Part shown: in pieces, positions 50,163 through 62,313 of the stretch | Layout: each line of letters opens with the position of its first letter | Numbering within the stretch: position 1 is the stretch's first letter | Origin: Utricularia gibba | Taxonomy: Eukaryota > Plantae > Magnoliophyta | Length of the DNA stretch: 64,000 nucleotides | Direction: 5' to 3' | Assembly: GCA_002189035.1 (NCBI GenBank) | Contig: NEEC01000018.1 | Location: 248,001-312,000, forward strand | Notes under the pieces: generated by a model | What the model was told of the DNA's origin: nothing | Databases searched by the model: none | The model's input: the letters and a program-made list of their open reading frames with translations, nothing else | Made by a program: the position numbers and the translations under genes

Positions 50163-52099
50163 ACCATATCAATAGTGTTCTTTCCCAATGCATCCACAAA
50201 GGGTGGTAAAATGTTACTAAAATTTCTTTGCACACTTAAGAAGAAGAGTATGAGATCTTATACATCCCTCTTGTGCAAGGTATCAAATATTACAATAAGA
50301 ATAGAGAAAAAAATATATTGAATAAAAATATTGTTTTTAGCGATCGCACCTCTAGTCTTGTTGGCTAGTTGAAGGTGAGTGTATCCATGCTTGAGATTTC
50401 AAAATACAGAAATCTGATGACAAAACCAAATAGAGTGATAACACTCATAGGATGGTATTATTAGATAGTCCAAAGTTAGGTATCCCTACTTGAAAATGAA
50501 GAGCAAATCCAAATGGTGAAGTCCAAATAGAGAATTCCTAATAAGAAAACCAAAAGATCATACAAGAAGATTGATAAGAAGTTCGAAGTCCTAGAGATTA
50601 AAGTACAACTAGATAATCATTTTATTCATACCTCCATAGAGTTATCAATGAGTGTTTAGCTATTGAGTACTTATATGAAAACATATAATTTAGGGTATTA
50701 CATGTGTTAGATTTTTTTTTCAAAATACATATACTTTATTCTTCTTTATGAAAACTACTGTGATTTGTTCTTTTATTTTAAAATACCTGTTATTTTAAAA
50801 TTAATATTTTAATACTTGTGTTTTGTTGAAATATATTTTCCTTATTTTTTTTATGAAATTATTGTTGTAATACATGTTTTATTTTGAAATATTTCTATCA
50901 TATTCTTAGTTAAACATTTTAATTCCATCTCCTTTAAATATTTTCAATCAAATATATTATTTAAAAATCAAATTCTTTTCCCATTTATAAATATTAATTA
51001 AATAAACCAAATATACCCTTAAATGATTATGTTTACATAATATCATTCATTTTAAAAGTTTATCTAATAATAAGATTGAGGAAAAAAGTAAATCAATTTA
51101 TGTAATGTAGTTTAATTCCTCAATATTAGACAATCATGATGAAATTTTCTTTCAATTTTTTCTTTACTGGTTTAAGCAAAACAAAATCAGAATGCTTTTT
51201 TTCTTCTAAACTTGTTCTAGTTTACTATACGATTATTTTCCCTTTCCTAATACCCAATAATACAAAAATCATAAAATCATTACTTGTAATGTGCATGTGG
51301 GTTTATGAATTTATAAAATTCAAATATATTCATTTTTTAAACAAAAAATTATTTATTGAAAACAAATTTACTATCTAGTAAAATAACTGATTATAATAAC
51401 AAATAAATACAAGTATTTTAATTCGTGTGAATAATAAATAAAAATAATAATTCAATTTAAAAAAAATAACATTTATTTTAACAATAATGAATTTATGTAA
51501 AAAATGAAAAAATACAAGTATTTTAATAAAAAAATATAAGTAAAAATAGGTAGTTTAATAATAATGAAAAATTAACATATGTTTTAATAAAAAATTTTAC
51601 TGGCACAAGTATTTTGATAAATTGGCTCAAGAAAATGCTCATTGAACAAAAGATTTAAGGTCGACACTTTCTAATGAATATTTATATGCTTCAAGCCTCT
51701 TCTTTGTATCTTGAACTTCTTGATAAAAATTTCACAATAACGTATATGGATTGAAGACCAAGGAGTATAACAAGTCCATGGGTTTCACTTACATATTCTG
51801 AATCTAAAATTGTTTGTAGAATAATCGATGAAAGTGTAGTAATTGTTCATAGATCCAAAAGAAAGTCTCAAAAAAATGTTGGAATGCATCTTTATTCAAA
51901 GTGTATACAAAACATTCAGCATCATAATGCATCAGTTCAATACAAAGACATTGATGTCCACTCAAACATCAACACATGCATCATGAAGTTAGAGTTCATA
52001 GTGTACTTCAATATATTGCTAGGCATGAAAAAGATTTCAACACTAGACACCTAAATGATGGCCTAGCTGAATGGAAGGTTTCCCATCATCAATGTAACT

Positions 52100-52900
52100 T
52101 GTTTCATGACATCCACTTCATTCCACGGGGAGGTAAGAAGGTATTGTCAACCTAATTCTTAGGCAACCTCTCCAATAAGTTAATGCCAAAGAGTGGCACA
52201 TTGGTTGAGTTGTAACATTCATATTCATGTGAAAACCTCCATGATCTATAATTTCCCAATTTGCACTTGTCTCTTCAAAAATGCCATCAATGTTGCACCC
52301 CATTATTGCATAAGAAGATTTATTAATCATGCTATGAAGCAAAGGTGGGGGTAGCTGTCATTCATGAAAGTGTTAGGTTGAAATGATGAGCATCCTCCTA
52401 GCATACGTTGTTGATAAAATGTTATGTATGGAGGCATAGATATGATGAGTGACCTCTCATTGTAGGGCCACTAATTTAAGGGGTGCTTTGAGTTGAAGTT
52501 CCACCCTCATATTAGCATGTCTCATTATCTCAATTATTGTTGATTGTAACTTTGTTCCTCTCATGCGTGATCACACACCAAAAGAAAATAGAGAGAGTTG
52601 ATTTGTTTCATCTTCATTAAGCTCTTTGTCGAACGTGTCCTCAACTTCATGATTTTCCTCATTCACACCATTGAAACTTCAGGAAAGCTTAGCGGTTCAA
52701 AGGGCTGCTACATTAGAAGACTCACTATGTTCCATACTTGAGCAAGCCATTCTCAATGAAGCAAACATCAGGGGAAGAGTACTCAGTATTATTGATCATG
52801 TGACTAAAAGTATACTTACTAAAAGTTAAAAAATGTTGGAGAACCTAAGTGGATGCCTAATGTTCTTCGGGGAATAGAGGTAGCCACAAAGATGGCATTA
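52100..52900 (-). mobile_element. Mutator (MuDR) transposase remnant including a decayed SWIM finger
   Basis: GIFEE..ANWEIIDHGGFHMNMNVTTQPMCHSLALTYWRGCL aligns to the MULE 3' pattern FEV..weV.d....V.L....C.C..W.ltGiPC. Eroded upstream MULE-like segments. Confidence 0.55.
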
Positions 52901-54168
52901 CAAGAATAGTTAATGTGCAATAGTCAAACTCCAGAATCCAAAAATCTAAAAACTCACAATTAAGATAACCTCTTATTGATACTCTTTGTCGGTTCCTCTT
53001 AACACATTTTCTACTTACAACGTAAACAAAACCTACAAGTCGATTACGATCCCAATAATATAATTGATAATGACCTGCATTTTATTGTTGTTTCTGAAAC
53101 CATAAATTTGTCTCATCTATGAACATCTATAAAAAGACATTTAAATTGGTAAAATAGCATAGTAATACAATTAAAAATATCATAATTTACCTTTGTTATC
53201 ATTGAAATGTCGATCTCCTACCATCTTTCAACAAATATTGTTTGAGTCTAATATAAAGTGGAATCTACAATGCTACATATGGGATATCTTGTATTTCTTT
53301 AAATACACCATTCCTATATTCCACTTGATTCTTCCTCAAATGTTTGAGACATTATTGATGATGAAGCCTGCTAGTATTGAATGCCTCTTTAAAACTCACA
53401 ATGTTCAATATACCAGCATGTCTATTAGAGATAATTGTATCAACTCATTGATCGTATCGTAGAGTAAGAGGTAATAACATGCTCGAACCTGTTAACTATA
53501 AGATCGTGAAGGATGAAAGAATCCAATTGCTCAAGAAACCAAAGATAAGATCCAAGATTTTCATCATCCACAAGAACATATGCAATTCGTAAAATATGTC
53601 CACCAATATCGCAACAAACAACAATTAATAATTTATGATCATACCTATCTATAAAAATTAAATTTAGACAATAAAAAATAATAATACATTATTCTAAAGT
53701 AAAAATCTTAATGTACATAAAGATGTGTTGCATCAATTGAAAAGATGGTGAGACACAATTGATATGCCTCTACACAAAACTCAACCCAAAACATATACTA
53801 AAGCATTTCATGATTCAAACCCGAAGGAAGGGCTGCCTTGTTTTCCCACTGTCGCCAAAACCCTGTACTGATCAACTTGTTCTCGTTATTCCTCGAGGTC
53901 TTATTCAAGCAAAACAAGTTACCAAAACATTTACTATTCATGATGGTAACTCACATAGATAAATCTACATACTCTTCGAGTAGTTAATTCCAGGTATTGG
54001 TAACTACAGAGTGAAGATTTAACGTTAATTGAATTGACTGATTCCCTGCTTTTTCTCGATTCAATAAACATTCATTACTTGGAACCAACTGACTCCAAAG
54101 TAACCGGATTCAGCTTCATTATCTAGGAGTCTCTTCCCTGATCCCAGTAACTTGATCACTAATTAGCC

Positions 54169-54647
54169 ATGGCAGACTTTCTGTCCTCTCTGAAGCATAC
54201 TCTTTCAAAGCTACAATCGTTTCTCACCATCAAACTATGGGCCATCATGATCACAATCTTGCTCCTTTTGCTTGTTGGGATTCTGATTCTTGCGCTGGTG
54301 TTCTGGAGATACAGAAGAAGATTAAGGAAAGAAACAATGAGTCGTCAAGGAAATGCTCAGAGCATCTCTTCCATGGACAAGGGGATGCTGCTATCATCAC
54401 ACAATATAGAAGTAAGCAGTGCGACCCTAAAGAAGCAAGCAGTGTGATCCAATCAAGTCTCCAATAACAAAAAGAATAGCAACGAAAGCTTAGGATCTGT
54501 TGGACCATACACACTAGCCGATATTGAAGCAGCAATAGATGGAATAGCATATGGGAAGGTTATCGGGTTTGGAGGATGTGGGGTGGTTTTACAAGGAGTG
54601 TTAAGAGATAACACACCCGTTGCAGTCAAAAAGTTGTTCACTGATAG
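54169..54647 (+). pseudogene. Truncated receptor-like cytoplasmic kinase (RLCK-V / At1g01540-like) with in-frame TGA; only exon 1 present
   Basis: N-terminal TM (LWAIMITILLLLLVGILILALVFW-RYRRR), TGA at 54445-54447, then in the same frame YTLADIEAAIDGIAYGKVIGFGGCGVVLQGVLRDNTPVAVKKLFTDR ending at an AG|GT donor (54647). No further kinase exons seen. Confidence 0.8.
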
Positions 54648-54741
54648 GTAGTTCCTTGGGTTAAAACATGAGATGTGTTCCCTCTTTTCATTTTGCATGA
54701 TAATAAATGAAATGCAATTTTTTATATGTAGGAGAGAAAAA

Positions 54742-56230
54742 ATGTTTCGAAGCTTACTCTGAACCAGCCATCTTTTATGTTGAATGCTCATCCATCCGAC
54801 AAAGTCTTGGAGCTCGAAAATTTTCCATATTATAGCCTTCATGTGTGATGCAGAGTGCCAAGGGTTTCGCGATATTTTGCTTCGAGACTTGGATATGCAC
54901 AAAAAGTTGATTTTCAGCTTGCAAAACTTGTGTGTTTGATTGATCGATGAGAAATTTCTGATTTCAAAGGCGATTCCATGCATTGCTCCGGGTGTGTTCG
55001 GACACAGGGAACATCACTTTCGATGTGATATCTTCAAAACCGTGAAGAGTCACCATGTGTTTGGCATATCGTTTCGAAGCTCGCTCCAAGCCGGCCATCT
55101 TTTATGTTAAATGCTTGTCCGTCCAACGAAGCCTTGGAGCTCGAAAGTTTGCCATATTATAGCCTTCATGTGTGGTACAAAGTGGTCAAGCTGTTTGTGG
55201 CATGACTTCAATCTGCACTGATAAGGGAAAAATCGGCCAAGGGTAATCGGTTCCTAAAAGGCTGCCAAAAGAGATTCCGAGGGAATAATGCCAGACGATA
55301 GATCGACGTCTGTCAGAAATCTGACAGGTATGGCCATATGACACAGTCTGAAAAGCGGCCGATATCTGAAAAGCGAGATCGTATAGCAGGAGCAGAAAAC
55401 AACCGATATTTGCAGACACCAGAATTCGGTCAGAATGAACTCTCCTATAAATAGGAGGAATTATGATGAAAGCCATGTTGGATTCCAAAAAAAAAAAGAT
55501 TTCTTCAATTTGTATTCTCCTCTTCGCACCTCCATCTAGTAAAGCTCTTTTCCGGCGAGCTCCGATAACTCCGTGGTTTTTCCGCTTTCCGGCGGTTTCC
55601 ACGTAAAAAATACTTGCTCACTCTTATTTCAATCGAACCAACCGTGAAGAACACGATTAAGTGTGGCAATTCCGATCGCACTTATCACCTCAAATCGGTC
55701 TTACGCCGGATACCGATTTGTCCCTTAACATGCACGGAAAGTCTATTTTCAGCTTGCAAAACTTGCGTGTTTGATTGAACGATGAGAAATTTCTGTTTTT
55801 CAGAGGCAATTCCATGCATTGCTCTGTGTTGTTCGGACCCTGGGGACATGCCTAGACCAAAGGATGGGATCTTAGACCATCAGCTTTCAATGCGATATCT
55901 TCCAAACCGTGAAGAGTTACGCTGCATTTGGCATATTGTTTTGAAGCTTACTTCGAGCCGGCCATCTTTTATAGAATGCTCATCCGTCCGACGAAGTCTT
56001 GGAGCTCGAAAGTTTGTCATATTATAGACTTCATGTGCGGCAGAAAGTGGACAAGCTGTTCGTGACATTTTGCTTCGGGACTTCGATATGCATGGAAAGT
56101 CTATTTTCAGTTTCCAAAACTAGCGTGTTTGATTGAACATGAAAAATTTCTGATTTTAGAGGCGATTCCAAGCATTGCTCCGCATGTAGACCTAGGGTAC
56201 ATGCCTAGACAAAAGGATGGGCTTGTGCAC
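54742..56230. repeat. ~330-350-bp tandem repeat, about 3 copies, with the second copy split by a solo LTR
   Basis: Block GAAGCT.....GCC(A/G)GCCATCTTTTAT...AATGCT..TCC.TCC.AC.AAG.CTTGGAGCTCGAAA recurs at ~54748, ~55076 and ~55943. Confidence 0.85.
55219..55730 (+). mobile_element. Solo LTR (512 bp, probably Ty3/gypsy Tat-like)
   Basis: Termini TGATAAGGGA / TCCCTTAACA, internal TATA box CCTATAAATAGG (~55445). Perfect TSD TGCAC at 55214-55218 and 55731-55735. Confidence 0.9.
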
Positions 56231-57230
56231 CATCAATTTTCGAAACATTTTACAATTTTCTCCAGATTTGTCACTTGGAGGCAAACATATGATGAGTTAA
56301 TTTATTCATTGATAATTCTCTAGATCCATGAACAAGTTCAAATACACGTTAAACATCAAATCAAGTTTTTTCATAATCAATGATATTATTACTTATTAGG
56401 TGAGTTTCTTACTTAGTAGACAATATTCTTTGTTAGTAAATCAGAATTTTTCTTACATGGAGAGAATATTCACATTCTCCATAAGTAGAAGTGAAGAAGC
56501 CAAATTTCCCCATGCGTCAAATAAAGTAAGCCTACACAACTGATTTTACCGAACGATCATGGGTCAAGTTTCGACAGCCAAAAAAGATTTGCTCATCTCT
56601 TCAAAAGGAGTCCACTGATCTTTCCAAAAAAAAATGTCTTCATGTATTTTTTTATGGCTAGAACGTAGGGTGCATTCTATTTGATACCATTAGTAATTGA
56701 AGTGATATACTTGAAAAATAAAACAATATTAATAAAATAAACAAGATAAGAATCTTTATACATTGATTTGATATCAATTTCATGCTTTATAGGATTTTTA
56801 AAACAATTTTACTCATGGGGAGTCGGTAAGTGGTATGATATCTACATGAGTTCCACATGTTATTTGTGGTATTTAATAGCATCTAGAAGTTGTTTTTGGT
56901 AATTTTTAAAATAACATGTGATTTAATATTTAACTTTTAATTTTTTTTCAATAGCTTTACATAATTATGAACATTTTTTAAATATTATATTTAAAAAATA
57001 AAAAAGTAATTTATTATTTTGTAAATATTATATTTTAATTATTTTTGTAAAAAATATTAATAAATTATTAGCATTCAAACAAAGCATTAATGACCATGAT
57101 TTTTCTAATTTTTTATCTTTAGGATAATTATTCTCTGAAATAATTGATACCCGTATTCCCTTGTGGATAGACACGCTAATATATCGGTTTTCTTTTTTTT
57201 CTTTTTGCATTTAAAATATGCAAGGAAGAT

Positions 57231-58433
57231 GAGTAAATTGGGGAAATAACTAATGTCAGTAAATATTATTGGCAAAGTAACTAAGTTTTTAAAACATATT
57301 TGCAAAATAGTTAGAGTAAATTGGGGAAATAACTTATGTCAGTAAATATTATTGGCAAAGTAACTATGTTTTTGAACCGCATTTACAAAATAGCTAACAT
57401 ACACATACAATTGTATGTATATATTTATGTATTTGATGTATATATTTCATTACCATTGATTTTGTTTTCATATTAATATCTAAAAATTATTAAAATATTA
57501 TATTAATGAAGCTATTCACCACTCCAACGAATTCGGTTGAATAATTACACTTGTTTTGATTTCAAAATATTCCAAATGTTAAATAACTTATAATACAAAT
57601 GTAAAATAAAAAATATATAACTACATGCATTATTGATGAAATTACATTATTTTTTGTGATTGCTTATATGATCTTTAAACATGTTTTATAGAATATAAAT
57701 AAAGATCATCCATTTCATCATATTTAACAAAAAAATGAAATATATGTCATGAGTTTTTAGAATAATTTATAGAAATTTAATTAAATCCTTTTTATAATAA
57801 TTATTTATATTTAATAAAAATACAATATAGGAATACCAAACTATGGTGTTTTTTTAACAAATGATAACTATGTTAAATGCTTAATTAGAATTCACAAATT
57901 TAGAATATAATTTTATTAGATTTATTTATAAGTATATATTGAAGTGCTAAATATAGGATATTGGATGTTTTATGTAAGAAATATTAAATATTTAGAGCAA
58001 GTATGACTATATTTTTTAAATTATGTTTGAAAAAAAATTAATGTGATGTTAATAAAATTGAAAAGATAAAATAATAAACACACATTTGGAAGTATTTTTA
58101 AAATAAGTATTGTAAATTAATCAATTATTTAAAATAATATTTATTTATGTATTTTTCGAATTAATCTTAATTTTTTGGTAAATTTCTAATTTTTTTATAC
58201 AAATGTATTATTTTTTTTTATTTTAATTCATTTAAAGCTTATAAATGATATTTATAATTAAGTATTTCGAAAAGTAATATAAAATCAATATATTTAGAAT
58301 GTTAGTTATATTGCAAATGTTTTTGTAAAAATTAGTTAATTTGCCAATTTGAAACCAAAATCAGTTATTTTGCAAAACTAGTTCTTCTGACACAGTTATA
58401 TTGCAAATGTTAGTTATATTGCAAATTTTGCCC
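57231..58433. mobile_element. AT-rich Mutator-like foldback element with degenerate repeated TIR motifs
   Basis: The left end has an 83-bp tandem duplication with GCAAAGTAACTA motifs. The right end has reverse-complement TAGTTATATTGCAAAT repeats ending in GCAAATTTTGCCC. Confidence 0.5.
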
Positions 58434-61400
58434 AAAGAAGATCCCAAATTACAATATTTCCATTTTTTGGAAGGCACATGACTAATAACTAACCGCTAGC
58501 CAAGTTGGCAGTAGGCCACAACAGGCATTCATTCATTCATAGCGTGAGACATAAGGATCAACATTTATAGCGTGGGACATGGCAATTACTAATAAAATTG
58601 CTAATACATGTATCCGTTCAATAATATTACACAACCATGGTGTAAAATTAAAATCAATGGGTTTTCTTATAAGATTTTAGGGGTAACGTATGCCCGCTCC
58701 ACAGTGCCATAAAAATCTTGTAGCGGATGGGTTTTCGCATGTGTGTCGAAGTAGTTGGATAAATGCAACACTATGAGCAGCTAAGCTTCCTTGAAAGGGT
58801 GCGAGCTTCTTCTTTATTATTTATTTGCTTGTTGAATGAAAGTGACAAGTCATGGCTTTGAAGGGAGCCATCAAAATTCTTTGCAACATTAAATTATTTT
58901 GACTTTAGTTTAAATGAATAGCGTGGCAGAATTACCATTCACAGCTGCTTTTGGGCCTTGAAAAGTACACGGAATTGTAATTACAAACAAGATAAGGGAG
59001 AAGGAGATGCCACGTGGGCAACTGGAGGCCAGAGTTTTTGCTCATTTTTTTATTCTTTTTCAAATCGAGTTTTTGTTTTTGTTTTTGTTTTTTATTCTTT
59101 TCTAAGAGTAATTAATATACGTGGGTTCTTCTTTTCTTTTCTTTCTTTTTTTTTAAATACATATGAGGCCCAGTTAAACTTGGACCATTTAAACGGAAAC
59201 GAATTTATAGCTGGAGGGCCCATTTTGTCCTCCTCCAATTGAATTCCCCTGCGTCTCTTTTCCCATTCTACCCCTACCATCCTGAACCCTTTTTTGTCTT
59301 TTCGTTTAAGTTGGGCCCCACCGCAGTAATTACGCTTCCTTTAATTTCCTCCATAGCCCCTACCCTACCACGGCCTCCTCATATGTACTGTCAAATAGGA
59401 GATGCATTGTATTCTTATAACGATTTAATTCATCTTTAATTAACATAGAAAACTTTAAAATATTATATGATCTCACCGACAAAATATGAGTGGTTCCATC
59501 CTTCTTTTCTTTTATGGGAAAATCGATATTGTCAAAAGAAGTAGGAGATTTAGAAAAATGAAAACCTCAATTCGCAATTTCTAGGGAAAACGCAGAAGAA
59601 GGTTGAGTATCCATTTCAATAACAAAAAAGGATGAGAAGTTTCTAGGTCCTTCTAGAATCTAGATCCACCCCGGCTTAACATACCATTGAGTTGGGTTGT
59701 TTATATTACGATATTATTAATAAATCAGACAGCTTAAGCATGTTAGGGAACACACCAACAAGATTGAAGTCCCTCTCAATCTGACTCCTTTGGCCCTTCA
59801 GCTTAAGAATGCCATGCGATGGATGATACCCGACGCTTCTTCTCCCTCCAACAATCCCCTTCCGACTAGTAGCTAGCCACACCACATGTTACACGTAAGT
59901 TGTTATTACATTTTAATATTTCCTTTTATATATATATTACTTTTCAAAACTTAATGACGGTGCATTTGAATGTATGTATTACATTGTGGGGATTGAATTT
60001 ACTGCTGAGTTTGTAATAATGATGGATAGATAGATAAGTAAGTTGCTCCTTTGATCTAACGCTATAAGCTTCTGCGCACTCGAAGAAGCGTGTTGAAATT
60101 TAGCATGGGTTGAAATGCGTGTAAAAATAAATATATGGTGATCTAAGAAGGAGCAAGAGCTGGGAGTAGACAACCAGAACTAAACGTGCCATATATTCAT
60201 CCGGGCCTCAAATGGAAGCAAATGAAGTGAATGAGCGAGCACGTTCTCGGGGAGGGACCGACCTCGAATGCTTCTTAGTTCTTATGCCATTCTCCAGTTG
60301 GAGAATAAATGCCACACACCACAATAACTCTCATCCATTTTCACTGGGAACAACACCTAGCTGTTGAATATACCGATAATCTTCATTTCCACAAACCACA
60401 ATAACTCTCAACCAAGAGAATATCTTGTTGAGCATAAGAAATATGCTTGTTATATAGACGAAAAATTTCAATGTTGTTGATTTTTTTCTCCAACAAAACT
60501 TAAATTGAAAAAACAGTCTCTTCCATGCCCAAACCTTATCTAATTCTTTTCCTCATCAAATATGACCTTGATTTACAAAATCATTTGTTAACAAAGTATG
60601 ACAACGAGCTTCTTGTATTTAAGTGCTCTAAATACTGATATTAACATAATTGCCTATATGTTGTATTAACATAGTCTAGTTATGATACGTGGCAGCTCAT
60701 GGCCAATCGTGTTCTTTGAGTTCAACTCGTAAAATATAATAATGAAAAGCTAAAATGCCAGCTATAACTCTGCTAGCAAATTTTAAGTTGATTGGATCCA
60801 ATCATTCAGTCTCAAAACCCAATTGAAAGTCATGAATAGGATTCACAAAATTATCAAATAGGTGTTTGCAATCAGATTCAAGATGTTTTTAAAATGTCAA
60901 TTTCATCAGAACTCACAATTTGAAAAAAATCATATCAACTTCATTTAATATATTTTAGTATTTTACCTTTTTTTTTTTCAAATCCCTGATTTTGGTGCAA
61001 ATTTTGACAAATAATTTAACGAAATGTATGATAAAGCATTTGTACTAACTCATTTAATAGACTATTAAATCTTAATAATTATTTTATACTGTCGAATGCA
61101 ATTGCTATTTTGAAATACATCGAACTTAGTCAATAATATTTCAAAAATATGACGAAACAAATGCCATTTTCAAATTTGAGATCCTTTTCTAACAATTATG
61201 CAAAAATGCTTGTTTTACAATTCAACATGCAAGTGGCTAACTCACGGGTTAGGCCAACTGCTTTGTCATTACAAATTGGAGTTTATATGTGACAATATAG
61301 GTAATGTTAAGTTGATTTTAAAGTAAAAATTATAAATTATATTATATTTATTTCATGAATTTAAATAAATTCGAAATTGGAAGAGTTTTTTTTTATACAC

Positions 61401-61978
61401 AAACTTATAAATTAATTATTTAATTTAATTAATACCAAATATTTTGTATTTAAAATATAATTCTAATCTCACGAATTAAATAATATGTAAAAGATCAATC
61501 TTCTTACATCATCTTCATTTGAACCTAATTAGATTAAATCTATTTTATCCAATTTCCGTCAATCAAACAATTTTATAGTGTTTGAAATACAATAAATGAT
61601 ATATGCTTCGAATGAATTGGCATAAGTATCAAAACAATGTTTTCACACAAATCCAAATAGAAATTCCTATTATTCTGGATTTACAATGTATGCTGTTTTT
61701 TTCTATTTTTTTTTTTTTTGGAATGGCATTTACAATGTATGCTCATGGACATCAACCAAAACCTTTATAATTTGCACATCTTATATATTCAATATATAAT
61801 TTAACAGTGTCCTTACTAGATCATAGAATAGTAAAACATGTGGGTTGTTATTAATGTCTTGTCGGATGCGAGTAACGAAGTGGGACATTAATGATAATGA
61901 TAATAATCAAGCAGATTAAAAAAATGGAAACACTAAATAAATTTCAATTTCAAAATTACAAAAAAGTAAAATAGTAAG

Positions 61979-61986
61979 TGCATTTA
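61979..61986 (-). promoter_or_regulatory. Candidate L1 box (TAAATGCA) upstream of the MIXTA-like MYB
   Basis: Exact 8-mer about 330 bp upstream of the ATG of an epidermis-type MYB. The motif is short and could occur by chance in AT-rich DNA. Confidence 0.3.
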
Positions 61987-62313
61987 GTTTAGCGCTTAAC
62001 CGAATTTAAAAAACCTTTGGATTTAGGACATGTGTTGGCCAAGGCTCATGCCCAATCTTAATGTTTTCAACTTATTTTATTTTGCAATTTATTTTGTTGT
62101 AAGAGATAAAGTCCTTTGTTTTTTTTTTTCTTTTTTTCCTGGAAACTTGCATTTCCCAATTCACCCTTATTCTCTATTTATCACTCTCTTCCCCACCCAG
62201 CTTGGGTTTGCATTGCACCCCCGTAGATCCGCATTCGGCATAACCAGAAAAAATAAGAAAAAAAAGATCATCCTTTGAATTTCACTGATCACATTTCGCT
62301 GTCCGTTGCGTGT

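Noticed and set aside
50692-51021. Tourist-like MITE (TTA-GGGTAT ... AACCAAATATACCC-TTA)
   Set aside because: The right end looks like a PIF-type TIR, but the left end matches for only about 6 bp; too weak to call.
54453-55602. 176-aa and 138-aa minus-strand ORFs
   Set aside because: They cross pseudogene/repeat/LTR boundaries and have no recognisable motifs.
60160-60300. Possible miRNA/snoRNA in a moderately GC-rich patch
   Set aside because: No convincing hairpin, C/D or H/ACA boxes, or known mature miRNA could be recognised by eye.
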